Notes: a model not told the origin generated them from the sequence alone. A stretch of DNA of 64,000 bases from Terracidiphilus sp. (GCA_036489815.1 DASXFB010000107.1:60073-124072); one strand, 5' to 3'; counted from the first letter of the stretch, positions 1 through 12,320 are shown. Made by a program: numbers and translations.

Positions 1-699
1 CTCAAGCGGGAGTGGGAGGCGGCGCTCGACCGGCTCTCCGATCTCTCGTATGGTTTTTATCGCAAGCACATCCTTGAGGATGCCGGCGTGGTCACCTATT
101 TCGAGCAATCCACGCCCGTCGGCGAGCTGGAGAATGCGAAGATCGGATCCCGGCCGGCGCGGCGAAGCGCCTCACGCAAACTCTCTGATCTGCGCGCCAT
201 TCCGTGGGTCTTCGGTTGGACGCAATCGCGGCTGCTCGTGCCGGCATGGTTTGGCGTGGGTTACGCCATGGAGATCTATCTTGCCGAACCCGGGGCTCTC
301 GAGCTTTTGCGCGGCATGGCGAAGGAGTTCCCGCTTTTCATCGACCTGCTGCGCAACGTGGAGATGGCTCTCGGCAAGGTAGACCTGGCCACCGCGCGGC
401 TCTATTCGTCGCTTGTCGAGGACGCGATGCTGCGTGAGCGGGTCTACGATCTGTTCGAAGCCGAATTCCACCGCACCGTGCGCGTGGTTCTCGCGGTCAC
501 GCGGCAGACGGAGCTGCTCGAGACCAACCGCGTGCTGGCGCAGTCGATCAAGCTGCGCAATCCCTATGTGGATCCCATGCACCTTATCCAGGTGGACATG
601 CTGCGCCGCAAGCGCGCAGGCGAAGATACGCCGGAGGTGAACCGGGCGATTGCCGCCACCATCAGCGGCATCTCGGCGGGGCTGAGAAATACCGGCTGA
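1..699 (+). CDS. ppc: phosphoenolpyruvate carboxylase, C-terminal part (5' end outside window)
   Basis: Frame open from base 1; PEPC motifs GSRPARR, LRAIPWVFGWTQSR, LRNPYVDP and the terminal GLRNTG. Confidence 0.97.
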   Translation, partial: LKREWEAALDRLSDLSYGFYRKHILEDAGVVTYFEQSTPVGELENAKIGSRPARRSASRKLSDLRAIPWVFGWTQSRLLVPAWFGVGYAMEIYLAEPGALELLRGMAKEFPLFIDLLRNVEMALGKVDLATARLYSSLVEDAMLRERVYDLFEAEFHRTVRVVLAVTRQTELLETNRVLAQSIKLRNPYVDPMHLIQVDMLRRKRAGEDTPEVNRAIAATISGISAGLRNTG

Positions 700-730
700 T
701 TGCGCAGCGCGCTGCCGCCCGGAAACGGTT

Positions 731-2149
731 CTACGGAGTTGTCTCGACGGCCGTTGCTTCGGTCCCATCCTGACTAAACGCGAATCGCAGAGTCCACACG
801 CTGGGGGCGGGGCTGCCGTCTTCCTGCGGAGGCGTAAACTTCCAGGCCCGCGCCGCCTCGAGCGTCAGTCTGTTGAAGTACTTGCTCGCGGCCGGCGATT
901 GAGAGACCGCGTCGGAGACGTCGCCGTTGGCATCGACCTCCGCCTGCACCTTGATGACGACCTTGCCCTCAATCGTCGCCCGGGCCTTGGAAGGCACATC
1001 GGGCAAAACGCGCTTTGCCACTTCACCCTTCGCTGCGCCGCGTTGGCCGTCTCCGTGCCGCGCTGCCGGCGTGGCTGCGGTGGCGGGAGCGGGAGGCTGG
1101 ACCTCTGCACCCGTGGAGGGTGACGGCGCGGCGGTAGAAGGCGCCGAGGCAGCCGGTTGATCGTTGCTCGACTGATCTGGGGACGCCGGGGCCTGCCGGA
1201 AGTGCACCAGCATGGCGGCTCCGATTCCGGCCAAGAGGACAGCCGCCGTGATCAGCACAGCCGCGCGTCCGCTCAAAATCCTGCGGGAGCCGGGTATCGC
1301 CGCCTCGACCAACGGCGCCGCAGGCTGAGTCGCAGTCGCAATCGGAGTGATGGGCGCAGCGGAAGCCGGAACCGCCTTTCCTTCAAGCCGCGCCTTGATC
1401 TCGCTCAGAGTGCATCGCCGCGCAGGGTCCAGGCGCAAGCACTCTCGCGCGATTCCCGCAAACGGCTCCGGTACTGAGGGCGGCACAGGCGGTTGCTCGC
1501 TAGCCGCGCTCTCCCGAGCCGGCGGGTGCTGCGTCAATGCGGTCACAAGGGTTATGCCCAGCGACCAGACATCGGCGGCCGGGGAGATCTCACCTCGGGC
1601 CAGCTCTGGCGCATCGTAAACTCCGCCATCCGGGAGTTTCATTTCGGCCGTATCGGCAAGGGAGACGCAATCCGCGGAGAGCTTCAGCTTATCTTCGACG
1701 ACCAGAATGTTCGACGGCTTGAGCCGGCCATGGGCAAAGCCCTGCTCGTGCAGGTACGTGAGCGCGTCGAGCACCGGGCCGAGCATCTCCCGGGTTTCAT
1801 CCGGTGTCAAGGGTCGTTCCGGGATGATCTCCGCGAGCACCTCGTCGGCGAATTCCGTGACGGCATATAGAAATTCGCTCCCGTCCATCGCACACCGTCC
1901 TGTATCGAGAACCTGGATCAGATGAGGGTGAGAGAGGCGTGCTGCAGCCGTCCAGCCGGCTGCGCGCCGTTCAGCGTCCGCCGTGCCTGCGGCGACCAGC
2001 TTGATCGCAGCCTTCCGTGTACCGTCTCCCTCCGCAGTTTCGGTGAGATAGACGCCACATTCCTGGCAACCGCCCAACCAGCGCTGGAGGGTAAATCGTC
2101 CGTCGACGATCGTTCCTTCCCGCTCCGTGCAAATTGCCGTGCTGGTCAT
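731..2149 (-). CDS. Ser/Thr kinase-like (probably pseudokinase) domain + TM helix + Pro/Ala linker + TonB C-terminal domain
   Basis: AAIK, LSHPHL, HGRLKPSN, YDAPE, ADVWSLG kinase motifs; hydrophobic AAVLITAAVLLAGIGAAMLV; C-terminal EGKVVIKVQAEVDANGDV...AARAWKFTP is TonB_C-like. Confidence 0.85.
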   Translation of the reverse strand: MTSTAICTEREGTIVDGRFTLQRWLGGCQECGVYLTETAEGDGTRKAAIKLVAAGTADAERRAAGWTAAARLSHPHLIQVLDTGRCAMDGSEFLYAVTEFADEVLAEIIPERPLTPDETREMLGPVLDALTYLHEQGFAHGRLKPSNILVVEDKLKLSADCVSLADTAEMKLPDGGVYDAPELARGEISPAADVWSLGITLVTALTQHPPARESAASEQPPVPPSVPEPFAGIARECLRLDPARRCTLSEIKARLEGKAVPASAAPITPIATATQPAAPLVEAAIPGSRRILSGRAAVLITAAVLLAGIGAAMLVHFRQAPASPDQSSNDQPAASAPSTAAPSPSTGAEVQPPAPATAATPAARHGDGQRGAAKGEVAKRVLPDVPSKARATIEGKVVIKVQAEVDANGDVSDAVSQSPAASKYFNRLTLEAARAWKFTPPQEDGSPAPSVWTLRFAFSQDGTEATAVETTP

Positions 2150-2583
2150 GATTTACACCCCCCGGCCTATCACGGCATGATCCGTTCGCCTCTGCCTTAG
2201 TGATGCAGGCCGGTAACGCGTCCATTCTAAGCCAGCCGGTTGCCCCCCACCCTGCAAATCGCGCTCCGCAATCAGCTTTGCCCAACTTTGTCCGCTTTCT
2301 GAAGCAGGCCCATGGACGCAGGAATCAGCGGCCGGGGACCGGGGTTGAAGGCGCACCGATGGGCTGTCCCGCCCTGAGTGACCTTCTGCTTGCCATACTC
2401 CACCCCACGGGTCTAACCTGTCTTTATGCGTCGATGTTGCTAACACCGTCCTGGTGAGAAGCTCCGATGCCGATGTGCGCTTTGTTGCGCGCGTTTTTCC
2501 TACCCTGACGAGCTGCACCGTCACCTCAAAATCCGAACCCATGAGAACTCCGGGACCCATGCTCCCGGAAAAGGAGATCCCAT

Positions 2584-3564
2584 ATGGCGCGCATTGCTGC
2601 GAACGTAACCGAATTGATCGGCCACACCCCGTTGGTACGCTTGAATCGCGTAGCCGCGGGATTGCCTGCGACCGTTGTTGCCAAGCTGGAAAGCCAGAAT
2701 CCCGTCTCCAGCGTGAAAGACCGCATCGGTTTCGCGATGATTGACGCTGCCGAGAAGGCCGGCAAGATCAAGCCAGGCGTTACCACCCTCATTGAGCCCA
2801 CCAGCGGCAATACCGGCATCGCGCTGGCGTTTGTCGCCGCAGTCAAAGGCTACAAACTCATTCTCACCATGCCGGAGACCATGAGCCTGGAGCGCCGCGT
2901 GACGCTGCTGGCCTTCGGCGCGGAGATCGTGCTTACCCCTGGACCCAACGGGATGAAGGGCGCCATTGCCAAGGCCAATGAGATCCTGGAGAAGACGCCG
3001 AACGGCTTCATCCTGCAGCAGTTCGACAACCCGGCCAACCCGGCGATTCACCTGGCGACCACCGGCCCGGAGATTTGGGAAGACACGGACGGCAAGGTGG
3101 ACATCCTCATCTCCGGCATCGGAACCGGCGGCACCATTACCGGCGTTGCGAACTACATCAAACCGCGCAAGCCCTCCTTCAAGGCGATCGCCGTCGAGCC
3201 TACGGATAGCCCAGTGCTCTCCGGCGGCAAGCCCGGACCGCACAAGATTCAGGGCCTGGGCGCGGGGTTCATTCCTAGCATCCTTGACACTAAGCTCATC
3301 GACGAGGTGGTGCTGGTCACCAACGATGAATCGGTGGCCGCCGCCCGCCGCCTGCCGCTGGAAGAAGGGCTCTTTGTGGGCATAAGCTCCGGCGCTGCGC
3401 TGGCCGCTGCCCTCAAGGTGGCCGCGCGGCCGGAGAACGCCGGCAAACTCATCGTCGTGGTGCTGCCTGACTTCGGCGAGCGCTACCTGTCCAGCGTGCT
3501 CTTTGAGCCGTTGCGGCAGCGGGCATTGGCGCTGCAGCCAGAGCAGATCGCGGTTACTGCGTAG
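2584..3564 (+). CDS. cysK: cysteine synthase A
   Basis: SVKDRIG PLP-lysine motif, [23 protein letters not shown]; AAGGAG RBS upstream. Confidence 0.97.
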   Translation: MARIAANVTELIGHTPLVRLNRVAAGLPATVVAKLESQNPVSSVKDRIGFAMIDAAEKAGKIKPGVTTLIEPTSGNTGIALAFVAAVKGYKLILTMPETMSLERRVTLLAFGAEIVLTPGPNGMKGAIAKANEILEKTPNGFILQQFDNPANPAIHLATTGPEIWEDTDGKVDILISGIGTGGTITGVANYIKPRKPSFKAIAVEPTDSPVLSGGKPGPHKIQGLGAGFIPSILDTKLIDEVVLVTNDESVAAARRLPLEEGLFVGISSGAALAAALKVAARPENAGKLIVVVLPDFGERYLSSVLFEPLRQRALALQPEQIAVTA

Positions 3565-3565
3565 T

Positions 3566-3706
3566 TAGAGCAGGGACGTAAGGATCAGGGACATAAGGGC
3601 TGGGAGTTCCATCGGGATGTAGTATGAAGACCTAGCCCCCAGCCCTTCGCCTCTCGAATTTCGTCCCTCGAATTTGTCCCTTGAACCTTGTTCCTCGCTT
3701 TTCGAT
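3566..3706. repeat. intergenic short-period (~7/14-15 bp) degenerate tandem repeats arranged as inverted arms
   Basis: CAGGGACRTAAGG twice on the left; CTCGAATTT(C)GTCC twice plus CTTGAACCTTGTTCC on the right; AAGGGCTGGG can pair with CCCAGCCCTT. Confidence 0.6.
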
Positions 3707-3715
3707 TTGCATGTC

Positions 3716-4465
3716 ATGGCCTTGTTCGCCCGCATTCGCGAAGACATCGCCTCCGTCATGGAGCGCGACCCCGCCGCGCATTCGCGGCTCGAGGCGCTGC
3801 TCTGCTATCCCGGCCTGTGGGCGGTGTGGATTCATCGCGTCTCGCACCGGCTGTGGCATGCCGGCCTGCGCCTGCCCGCGCGCATTCTTTCCCAGATTGC
3901 CCGCTTCTATACCGGAGTGGATATTCATCCCGGCGCGCTGCTCGGCAGGAGACTGTTCATCGATCACGCCACGGGCGTGGTGATTGGCGAGACGGCGATT
4001 GTGGGCAGCGACGTGACCATGTACCAGGGCGTCACCCTTGGCGGCACAGGCAAAGGCCACGGCAAGCGGCATCCCACCGTCTGCGACGGCGTGTTCATCG
4101 GCAATAATGCGAATGTGCTGGGCAACATCACGGTGGGCGAGAACTCGCGCGTGGGGGCCGGCTCCGTGGTGCTCTCCGATGTGCCGCCGAACTCCACCGT
4201 TGTCGGCGTTCCGGCGCACATCGTCTACCGCAATGGCGAGCGCGTGCTCATCACCGACCCGCACGAGGTGAAGGACCCGCTCTCCGACGCGCTGATCGCG
4301 CTCTCATCCCGCGTGGAGGAATTGGAAGAACGCTTGTGCGCGCAGGATCATCGCGTACAGGACCGGCGCGCCACACCCTTTGCCGACGAAGAAGCCGAGC
4401 GCACTGCCTATCGCGCGGAACTGGAGCGGCTGCGCGTCTACGTGTCGATGGGCGAAGGCATCTGA
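3716..4465 (+). CDS. cysE: serine O-acetyltransferase
   Basis: RDPAA, TGVDIHPGA, FIDHATGVVIGET, VTLGGTG..KRHPT hexapeptide repeats; ATG 3716 chosen over the TTG at 3674. Confidence 0.95.
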   Translation: MALFARIREDIASVMERDPAAHSRLEALLCYPGLWAVWIHRVSHRLWHAGLRLPARILSQIARFYTGVDIHPGALLGRRLFIDHATGVVIGETAIVGSDVTMYQGVTLGGTGKGHGKRHPTVCDGVFIGNNANVLGNITVGENSRVGAGSVVLSDVPPNSTVVGVPAHIVYRNGERVLITDPHEVKDPLSDALIALSSRVEELEERLCAQDHRVQDRRATPFADEEAERTAYRAELERLRVYVSMGEGI

Positions 4466-4473
4466 AGCCTTCT

Positions 4474-5721
4474 TCAGTGAATCGTCTTCGATTTTCCCTG
4501 CATGTAATCCATCAATAGATATTGGCCCAGCGTATCGGGCGTGGTGAAATACGCCTTGCCGCGGCACATGCGCGAGACCTTGTGCACAAACTGCACCAGG
4601 CCGAAGTCGGACGCCAGCATGAAGGTGTTGATCATGATGTTCGACCGCTTGCACCGCGCCACCTCTTCGAGCGTCTCGCTTACGACGAGAGGATCGAGGC
4701 CGTAGGGGTTCTTGTAGATTCGCCCGTCGGGGAGCGTGAGCGCCGAGGGCTTGCCGTCGGTGATCATGACGATCTGCTTCATATCCTTGCGCTGCCGCGC
4801 GAGCACACGCTGCGCCACGCGCAGACCTTCGCGGGTGTTGGTGTGCCAGGGACCAACCTTCACGCGGGCGAGATGCGAAACCGGCATCTCTTCCGCCGAA
4901 TCGTGAAAGAGCACCAGCGAGAGCGAATCGCCGGGATACTGCGTGCGGATGAGATGGGAAAGCGCCATGGCGACGCGCTTGGCCGGAGTGAAGCGATCCT
5001 CGCCATACAAGATCATCGAGTGCGAGCAATCGAGCATCACCACGGTGGCGCAGGAGCTCTGATACTCGCACTGGTGCACGTGTAGATCTTCGTATTCCAG
5101 ATTGAGCGGCATCCCCAGGCCCTCACGCGAAATGGCCGAGTTGAGCGTCGTGGTGGCGTCCAGGTTGAGCGTGTCGCCAAATTCGTAACGCTGCGAGGCA
5201 CCACTGGCTTCGATCCCCGTAGCCCAGTGCCGCGTGTCATGCCGGCCGTAATTCGACTTGCCCAGCGATCCAAGCAGGTCGCGCAAGGTCTTGAATCCCA
5301 GAAAGTCGAGACTCTTGTCGGTGACTTCGAAGCGTGCGTCCAGATCCCGCGGGCTCTGCGCCTCACCCACCTGACCGTTCGCATCGGTGGGCCGAGCCGG
5401 ATTTCCTTGAGTCCCGGAGGAGATATAGTTCTCCTGTTCCATGCGCTGCATCAGCTTCTCGATCAGCTCGTCCAGCGTGCCTTCGGCGACCATCTGCTGC
5501 ATCTTCTGCCGCAGGGGGTCGTCGAGGAAATCACCCGATTCGAGCACGCGCCTGAGCGCCTCGCGCAGATCGTCGAGGGTATGATCGAGATCCTGAAAGC
5601 GTGTGAACGGATCGTAAAAACCGGAGTCGAGCAGATAGTCAGAGAGCGCCTTCAGCAGATCTTCGAGATCGATCTCCGAGGCCAGATCGCCGGTGAACTT
5701 GGTATAGCGAACGCGCTTCAT
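4474..5721 (-). CDS. VWA domain-containing protein
   Basis: MIDAS DCSHSM, NT and ITDGKPS motifs; directly downstream of the AAA ATPase; start at MKRVRY after a GAGGGG RBS. Confidence 0.88.
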   Translation of the reverse strand: MKRVRYTKFTGDLASEIDLEDLLKALSDYLLDSGFYDPFTRFQDLDHTLDDLREALRRVLESGDFLDDPLRQKMQQMVAEGTLDELIEKLMQRMEQENYISSGTQGNPARPTDANGQVGEAQSPRDLDARFEVTDKSLDFLGFKTLRDLLGSLGKSNYGRHDTRHWATGIEASGASQRYEFGDTLNLDATTTLNSAISREGLGMPLNLEYEDLHVHQCEYQSSCATVVMLDCSHSMILYGEDRFTPAKRVAMALSHLIRTQYPGDSLSLVLFHDSAEEMPVSHLARVKVGPWHTNTREGLRVAQRVLARQRKDMKQIVMITDGKPSALTLPDGRIYKNPYGLDPLVVSETLEEVARCKRSNIMINTFMLASDFGLVQFVHKVSRMCRGKAYFTTPDTLGQYLLMDYMQGKSKTIH

Positions 5722-5773
5722 GCGGATGGTCCCCTCAACGATGGGCGGCTGATCGTTTTTGTTCAATGCGGCG

Positions 5774-7339
<1,566 letters not shown>

Positions 7340-7472
7340 CGGGAAGCTCCTGTCGACTGGCTACTGTGGAAGCCGATCGTGTCTATAAGACGTGGGGGAC
7401 GGGGAAATCGCTGCGTTTGGGGAAGATGGGCGCAGAGGCGTCATGGACGCAGTATGCTCCCCTCCGGGGAAT

Positions 7473-7542
7473 TTGTCATCCCGCGCGGGCCGCGCGAGCG
7501 GGGACGCTGCCCTGAGCCTGCCGAAGCGGACCAGGATCTGGT
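7473..7542. repeat. REP-like element (TGTCATCCCG... / CCCTGAGCCTGCCGAAG type)
   Basis: TTGTCATCCCGCGCGGGCCGCGCGAGCGGGGAC hairpin followed by CCCTGAGCCTGCCGAAG in an intergenic spacer. Confidence 0.5.
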
Positions 7543-7610
7543 ACGCTTCGGCTCTCGCAAGCAGAAAACTTGGTCCCAAGCTCGGGAGAACGGAGAAAAG
7601 GCGCACTGAA

Positions 7611-9860
7611 TCAGTGCACGTCTACAGAGCGGTTCTCCTCATACGCCATGATGTGGAAGTACGCTTCCCATCCACTCCAGGAGGCGGGCGCCGGCAGCTT
7701 GGCCATTGGATCTTTCAGGTGATTTAAATAATCCTCGACCAGCTCATGCGTGCGGTAAACGCCTGTGAGCCAATCGCCGCGATACCAGTTCTTCCATTTG
7801 CCGTATTCGGCAAGCGCCATTGATTTTTGGATCGAGTCGAGCGCGGCGAGCGAGGCAGCCGCTTCGGTTTCGGCCTTCTCCTTGTTGCCGGCGTCCGCGT
7901 CCTTCATTGCGTGGGCGAGCTCCAGCAGCATGCGGTTGCTCTCGCGATTGATGGTGATCATGGTCAGCACCTGGGCCTGGTAATACGGGCGCCGTGCCGG
8001 ATCCACCAGAGCTTCCGCCGCAAGGGCCTTGTTCCAGACCGCATCCCAGCGCGGCGCTGCCTCTTCGCCATCTTGGATGTCGTCGTCCAGGGTGCGTTCG
8101 CGCATCGCGGCAGTGCCCGGGGGCAACACGCGCGGCTGCGTCCACTTCGGTGACTGGCTGGGGATGGCGATGACCTGATGCACGCTCAAGTCATCGAGAA
8201 TCAGCCTCCGCGCCTCGGAGTGGTAATGCTGATCGCCATCCCAGCGCGTGAAATTGATAGCCGGCGGCGGCGGCGGCGCATTGCCGGCCGACGTCATGCC
8301 GGGAAAGCCGGAGAAGGCCCTGCGCAGCGCCGGAGCGGCAAAATAATCCTTGTATATCGCGGCCAGCGCATCGGCTGACCTTGCGCCAAACTCCTCCGTC
8401 GCCCACTTGCGGTAATACGCCGCGTCGGCGTCGCTCTGGGGCGCCGCTCCGCCCCATGCCGTCTCCATCAGCGCGCGCGTGGTCATCGCCACGGGCCGCA
8501 GGTCGCTGGTATTCACCAGCACATACGATGTGGCGCCGGCCTTGATATACCGGCCCAGTTCCTCCTGAATCCGCTCCACCGGAACCATCTCGGAGAGCTG
8601 ATTCGCGTTTCCGTTCATCATCGCGGTATGAATATACATGCCTTGGCCCGCGGCTAACTTGCCGTCATCCTGCATGTCGCCATAGCCGGTATCGGCCCAC
8701 ACCAGCATCACCTCCGGCGGAATTTTGAGATAGCCCTCGCGCATCAGCCGCGCGCCCTCCTGCCACAGATCGGTGACGAACTGCGCATGCGGATATTTGG
8801 CACGCACAATCTTCATCTGTTCCGCAACTGCCTCGCTGATGCGCTGACCCAGCAGCGGATCGTTATCGCGCACGCTGGGGTCGAGCGCGGCATAGCTCGA
8901 GTCCGACAGGCCACGCAGCCCCACGGACCAGAGAATCTCCTCGTCCGGCTTGTACTCGGCCACCGCGTTGGTCCACGCGCGCTCCAGAATCTCAGGATGG
9001 GATGAAAAGTTGTAGGGCACATTTGCCGGCCAGCGCGCCACGTTCACGCCCAGCGGAATGGCGTGATGCTGATTCACAATCAGCCCCCGTTCCGTGGCCG
9101 CGTGCACGGGCGCATCGTCGGGGAAGGTCCACGTTCCGGGAACCACCATGTTGCCCTTGAGCCGCAGGATGGTCTCGTAGACCTGGTCCCACACGCTCAG
9201 CGCGATGCCATCCTGCTCGCCCTTCGGAGGAACGACCCATCCGGTAAGCAGGTCTTCATCATTGGGAAAGAAACCGCGATACTTGAAGACCGGGCTCGGA
9301 TAGGTCTTCGTAAAATCCCTTGGCAACTTGATTGAGGCGCGCTTCGCCGGCTGTTTGTCGGTCCACAGATACATCGGGTCGATGCCGAGAACGGATTGCG
9401 AAAACTCATAAATGGCGTAGATGGTGCCGCGCATATCGGCGCCGGTGAGGCAGATCACGCGTGTGGCGCCTCCGGCGCTGGCGACGGAGAACGCAAAGGC
9501 CTCGGTGTTGGCCGTCGTCGCACACTCCACACCCGCCGGCACATGATCGCGCTGCGCAATCAGGATCGCGATGGGCCCCGCGTCGATAAGAGAAGTCTCG
9601 AGCTTCGGGGTCTGCCCAAAGACCTTCGCGAAATCCTTCTCGAGGTCCTTGGTGGCGCGCTGCACCGGCCCGGACTCCTGCGCGCTCTCGACAATCGTGA
9701 CCGCGCCGGTGATCGTGATCGCGCCGCCGCTCGCCGTTCCCTGCGCAAACCCGGAGGCTCCGGCGATGCATACGGCGGCAAAGGCCAGGATCGGCATCCC
9801 ACGCGTTCCGGCGGCTTGCGTGAGTCGTTGAAGAGTGCGCACAGCATGACCGAGCGGCAT
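7611..9860 (-). CDS. secreted glycoside hydrolase family 115-like protein
   Basis: GADMRGTIYAIYEFS..LGIDP and FKYRGFFPNDED motifs typical of GH115; signal-peptide-like N-terminus; start 9860 after AGGGAG. Confidence 0.78.
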   Translation of the reverse strand: MPLGHAVRTLQRLTQAAGTRGMPILAFAAVCIAGASGFAQGTASGGAITITGAVTIVESAQESGPVQRATKDLEKDFAKVFGQTPKLETSLIDAGPIAILIAQRDHVPAGVECATTANTEAFAFSVASAGGATRVICLTGADMRGTIYAIYEFSQSVLGIDPMYLWTDKQPAKRASIKLPRDFTKTYPSPVFKYRGFFPNDEDLLTGWVVPPKGEQDGIALSVWDQVYETILRLKGNMVVPGTWTFPDDAPVHAATERGLIVNQHHAIPLGVNVARWPANVPYNFSSHPEILERAWTNAVAEYKPDEEILWSVGLRGLSDSSYAALDPSVRDNDPLLGQRISEAVAEQMKIVRAKYPHAQFVTDLWQEGARLMREGYLKIPPEVMLVWADTGYGDMQDDGKLAAGQGMYIHTAMMNGNANQLSEMVPVERIQEELGRYIKAGATSYVLVNTSDLRPVAMTTRALMETAWGGAAPQSDADAAYYRKWATEEFGARSADALAAIYKDYFAAPALRRAFSGFPGMTSAGNAPPPPPAINFTRWDGDQHYHSEARRLILDDLSVHQVIAIPSQSPKWTQPRVLPPGTAAMRERTLDDDIQDGEEAAPRWDAVWNKALAAEALVDPARRPYYQAQVLTMITINRESNRMLLELAHAMKDADAGNKEKAETEAAASLAALDSIQKSMALAEYGKWKNWYRGDWLTGVYRTHELVEDYLNHLKDPMAKLPAPASWSGWEAYFHIMAYEENRSVDVH

Positions 9861-10090
9861 CGAAATCTCCCTGCGTCGAATCAGATTTACTTCGCGCCAC
9901 GAATTATACAGAATCACGCCATGCCCGCGCCTCGGCAGTGAACTTGGCCGCCCCGCACTCCGTGCAAAGCGACCGGCGCCCCGCTCCTCGGCGCGCCACC
10001 TATCTTTCTGGCAGGCATGAGTTCGCATGGGGCTCTTGGTCTGCCCGGACCCGTTAATCTGGTCCCATCCCATTAGCGGAGTTTTGCTTC

Positions 10091-12277
10091 TTGCCGGTTT
10101 TTCGCACGCTGTTTGCCACCGCTCTTGTCCCTGCTTTCGTACTTCCCGTCGCCGTTCATGCCGCCACGCGTGTTTCTGCCGCTCCGGTTCCTGCGGAGAT
10201 GCGCACCTCCCTCTTTGCCGTCACGGTGAATGGGCACCCGGTGGATGTGGCGCACGCTGCCGCGAGCTACGAATTTGCGAGCTTCGACATCACCGGACCA
10301 GCGGAGATTGCAATCACGGCCGCCGATCCTCACTTCTGGGATCGCGGCGTCGACATTGAGCCGTGGCGGTTGGGCCTGCGCGCCACGCGCGGCAAGAAAG
10401 AGCTACAAACTATCCGCTTCAAAATTACGGGGCCGGAGAAGCTCTCCCTCTCGCGGCCCGGCGATTTCTTGAATCACGCGGAGATGCTGTTTCTCTTCGC
10501 CGGCTCGCCGCCTCCGCCTCCGCCTGCGGGCCCAAGCCTGCGCGTCATTCCCGCAGGCGTGCATCGCGAGAGCCTCAACCCGAAGAGCGGCGACACACTG
10601 TATCTGGAGCCCGGCGCCTACATCTTCGGCAGCCTCAATCTTTGGAACGTGGAGAACGTCAAGGTGCTGGGCCGCGGGACGATTGTGTATGACGGCCCGC
10701 AGGACCCCAACGCTGACGAGGGCTGGATGCAGAAGCCCGACTGGCATTGCATCGGCGCGTATCAAGCGCGCAAGGTAGAGATCGACGGTCTTACCTGCAT
10801 CGTCCGCTCACGAACCTGGTCGATCCAGATGAAGGACTCGACTGGATTTGTGTATGACGACCTGCGCGTGATCGGCGGCAATCCCGGCAATGCCAACCAG
10901 GACGGGATGGACTGGCTGGGAGGCGGCGACGCTGTGGTGCGCAACGCATTCCTGCGCGCCTCCGATGACGTCTTCGCCCTGCAGGGCAATTGGGACGGGT
11001 ACACCGAAGAGGATCTCCTGCGTCCCGGCCACGACGTCCAGAACATCCTCATCGAGCACAGCGAGCTATCGACCAGCATCTCGAACATCGTGCGCGCCGC
11101 GTGGCCGGAGAAGATCTTCGACTCGCGCAACTTCACGCTGCGCGACTCCGACATTCTGCACGCGGGCATCGGGGCCTGCGGCCAGAGCTTCGGGCTGCTC
11201 GGCATCTGGGGCGCGAAAGGCGCGCGCGGCGACCATTCGAACATCCTTTTCGAAGATCTCTTCCTCGATAACTGGTATTCGCTGGCGCAGATCGAGCAGG
11301 AGCAGCCGGGCATTCATGGCGTAACCTTTCGCAACATCTGGGCGTTGGGGCAGCCGCCGCTCGTGCCTTCGACTCTCACCGGCAGCGTCGCCGGGGTGAC
11401 GATCGACAATGTGAAATACGGACAGGTGCGCGTCGATTCGGATGCGGCGATTCCGGTGGTTGTTTCGGGCGGTGCGGCCGAGCCTCAATTCCTCCCGGCG
11501 CATGCGCCCACCGCCGCCTTCGCGCTCGATCCGCCGGTTGTCTTGCCCGGCCGGAAGATTACCTTTACCGCGGAACAGGCTCCGCACGCGCGCTACACGT
11601 GGCTCTTTGGCGATGGCGCTCAGGCGCGGGGACGTCGCGTGAGTCATCGCTTTCCCGACGCGGAAGGCACCGAACTTGACGGCCAGAACGGCGCCGGCCG
11701 CTTTCGCGTGCTGTTGCAGGTGGAGGACAAAACCGGCCATCAGGACTGGGCAGAGCAGGATGTCGTGGCTGTCGCGCAGTGGCACGATGAGGCCAAGATA
11801 ACCGCTCCTACTGAAGCCGGCCTCGCGTACAGAATCTATCCGGGTGAGTGGACAGAATTGCCCGATCTCTCTGCTCAGCGAGTGGTGTTGGCGGGCTCAT
11901 CGCCGGGGTTCGAGGTCGATGCCAAGGGTTTCACGCACTATGCCATCGCGTGGGATGGCTTTCTTGATGTCCCGGCCGATGGCGGCTACACGTTTTCGCT
12001 GATCGATCGGGACGGCGCGCGCCTGGTCATCGATGGCATGGAAGTGGCGAAGACCGGCCCGCCGTTTGCGCAGGTCTGCGGCTCGCCGGGAAACGCGGCC
12101 CGCTATGCGGCGGGATCACTCGGTCTCCGCGCCGGCAGACATGCCATTCATCTCGAAGGCCTGCATTCGGAGAGCGGCAGCGCGCCGATTCTGCTGTGGC
12201 AGGGGCCAGACCTGCCACTGGCCCAGGTGCCAGAGAAGGTATATTCGGGCCCAAGGGGCGACGTGATAGCGAGGTAA
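10091..12277 (+). CDS. secreted beta-helix (GH28/GH49-like) protein with PKD and PA14 domains
   Basis: LYLEPGAYIFGSL..NVKVLGRGTI, NQDGMD, RASDD beta-helix motifs; YTWLFGDG (PKD); WDGFLDVPADGGYTFSLIDRDGARLVIDG (PA14). Confidence 0.72.
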   Translation: MPVFRTLFATALVPAFVLPVAVHAATRVSAAPVPAEMRTSLFAVTVNGHPVDVAHAAASYEFASFDITGPAEIAITAADPHFWDRGVDIEPWRLGLRATRGKKELQTIRFKITGPEKLSLSRPGDFLNHAEMLFLFAGSPPPPPPAGPSLRVIPAGVHRESLNPKSGDTLYLEPGAYIFGSLNLWNVENVKVLGRGTIVYDGPQDPNADEGWMQKPDWHCIGAYQARKVEIDGLTCIVRSRTWSIQMKDSTGFVYDDLRVIGGNPGNANQDGMDWLGGGDAVVRNAFLRASDDVFALQGNWDGYTEEDLLRPGHDVQNILIEHSELSTSISNIVRAAWPEKIFDSRNFTLRDSDILHAGIGACGQSFGLLGIWGAKGARGDHSNILFEDLFLDNWYSLAQIEQEQPGIHGVTFRNIWALGQPPLVPSTLTGSVAGVTIDNVKYGQVRVDSDAAIPVVVSGGAAEPQFLPAHAPTAAFALDPPVVLPGRKITFTAEQAPHARYTWLFGDGAQARGRRVSHRFPDAEGTELDGQNGAGRFRVLLQVEDKTGHQDWAEQDVVAVAQWHDEAKITAPTEAGLAYRIYPGEWTELPDLSAQRVVLAGSSPGFEVDAKGFTHYAIAWDGFLDVPADGGYTFSLIDRDGARLVIDGMEVAKTGPPFAQVCGSPGNAARYAAGSLGLRAGRHAIHLEGLHSESGSAPILLWQGPDLPLAQVPEKVYSGPRGDVIAR

Positions 12278-12320
12278 GGGACGCAACGGGGAATCGGAAG
12301 TCCCTATTCCCTATCTTTCA

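Noticed and set aside
2468-2509. Possible Cys leader peptide (MPMCALLRAFFLP) or riboswitch upstream of cysK
   Set aside because: Only one Cys codon, no RBS, no attenuator and no recognisable SAM-riboswitch core
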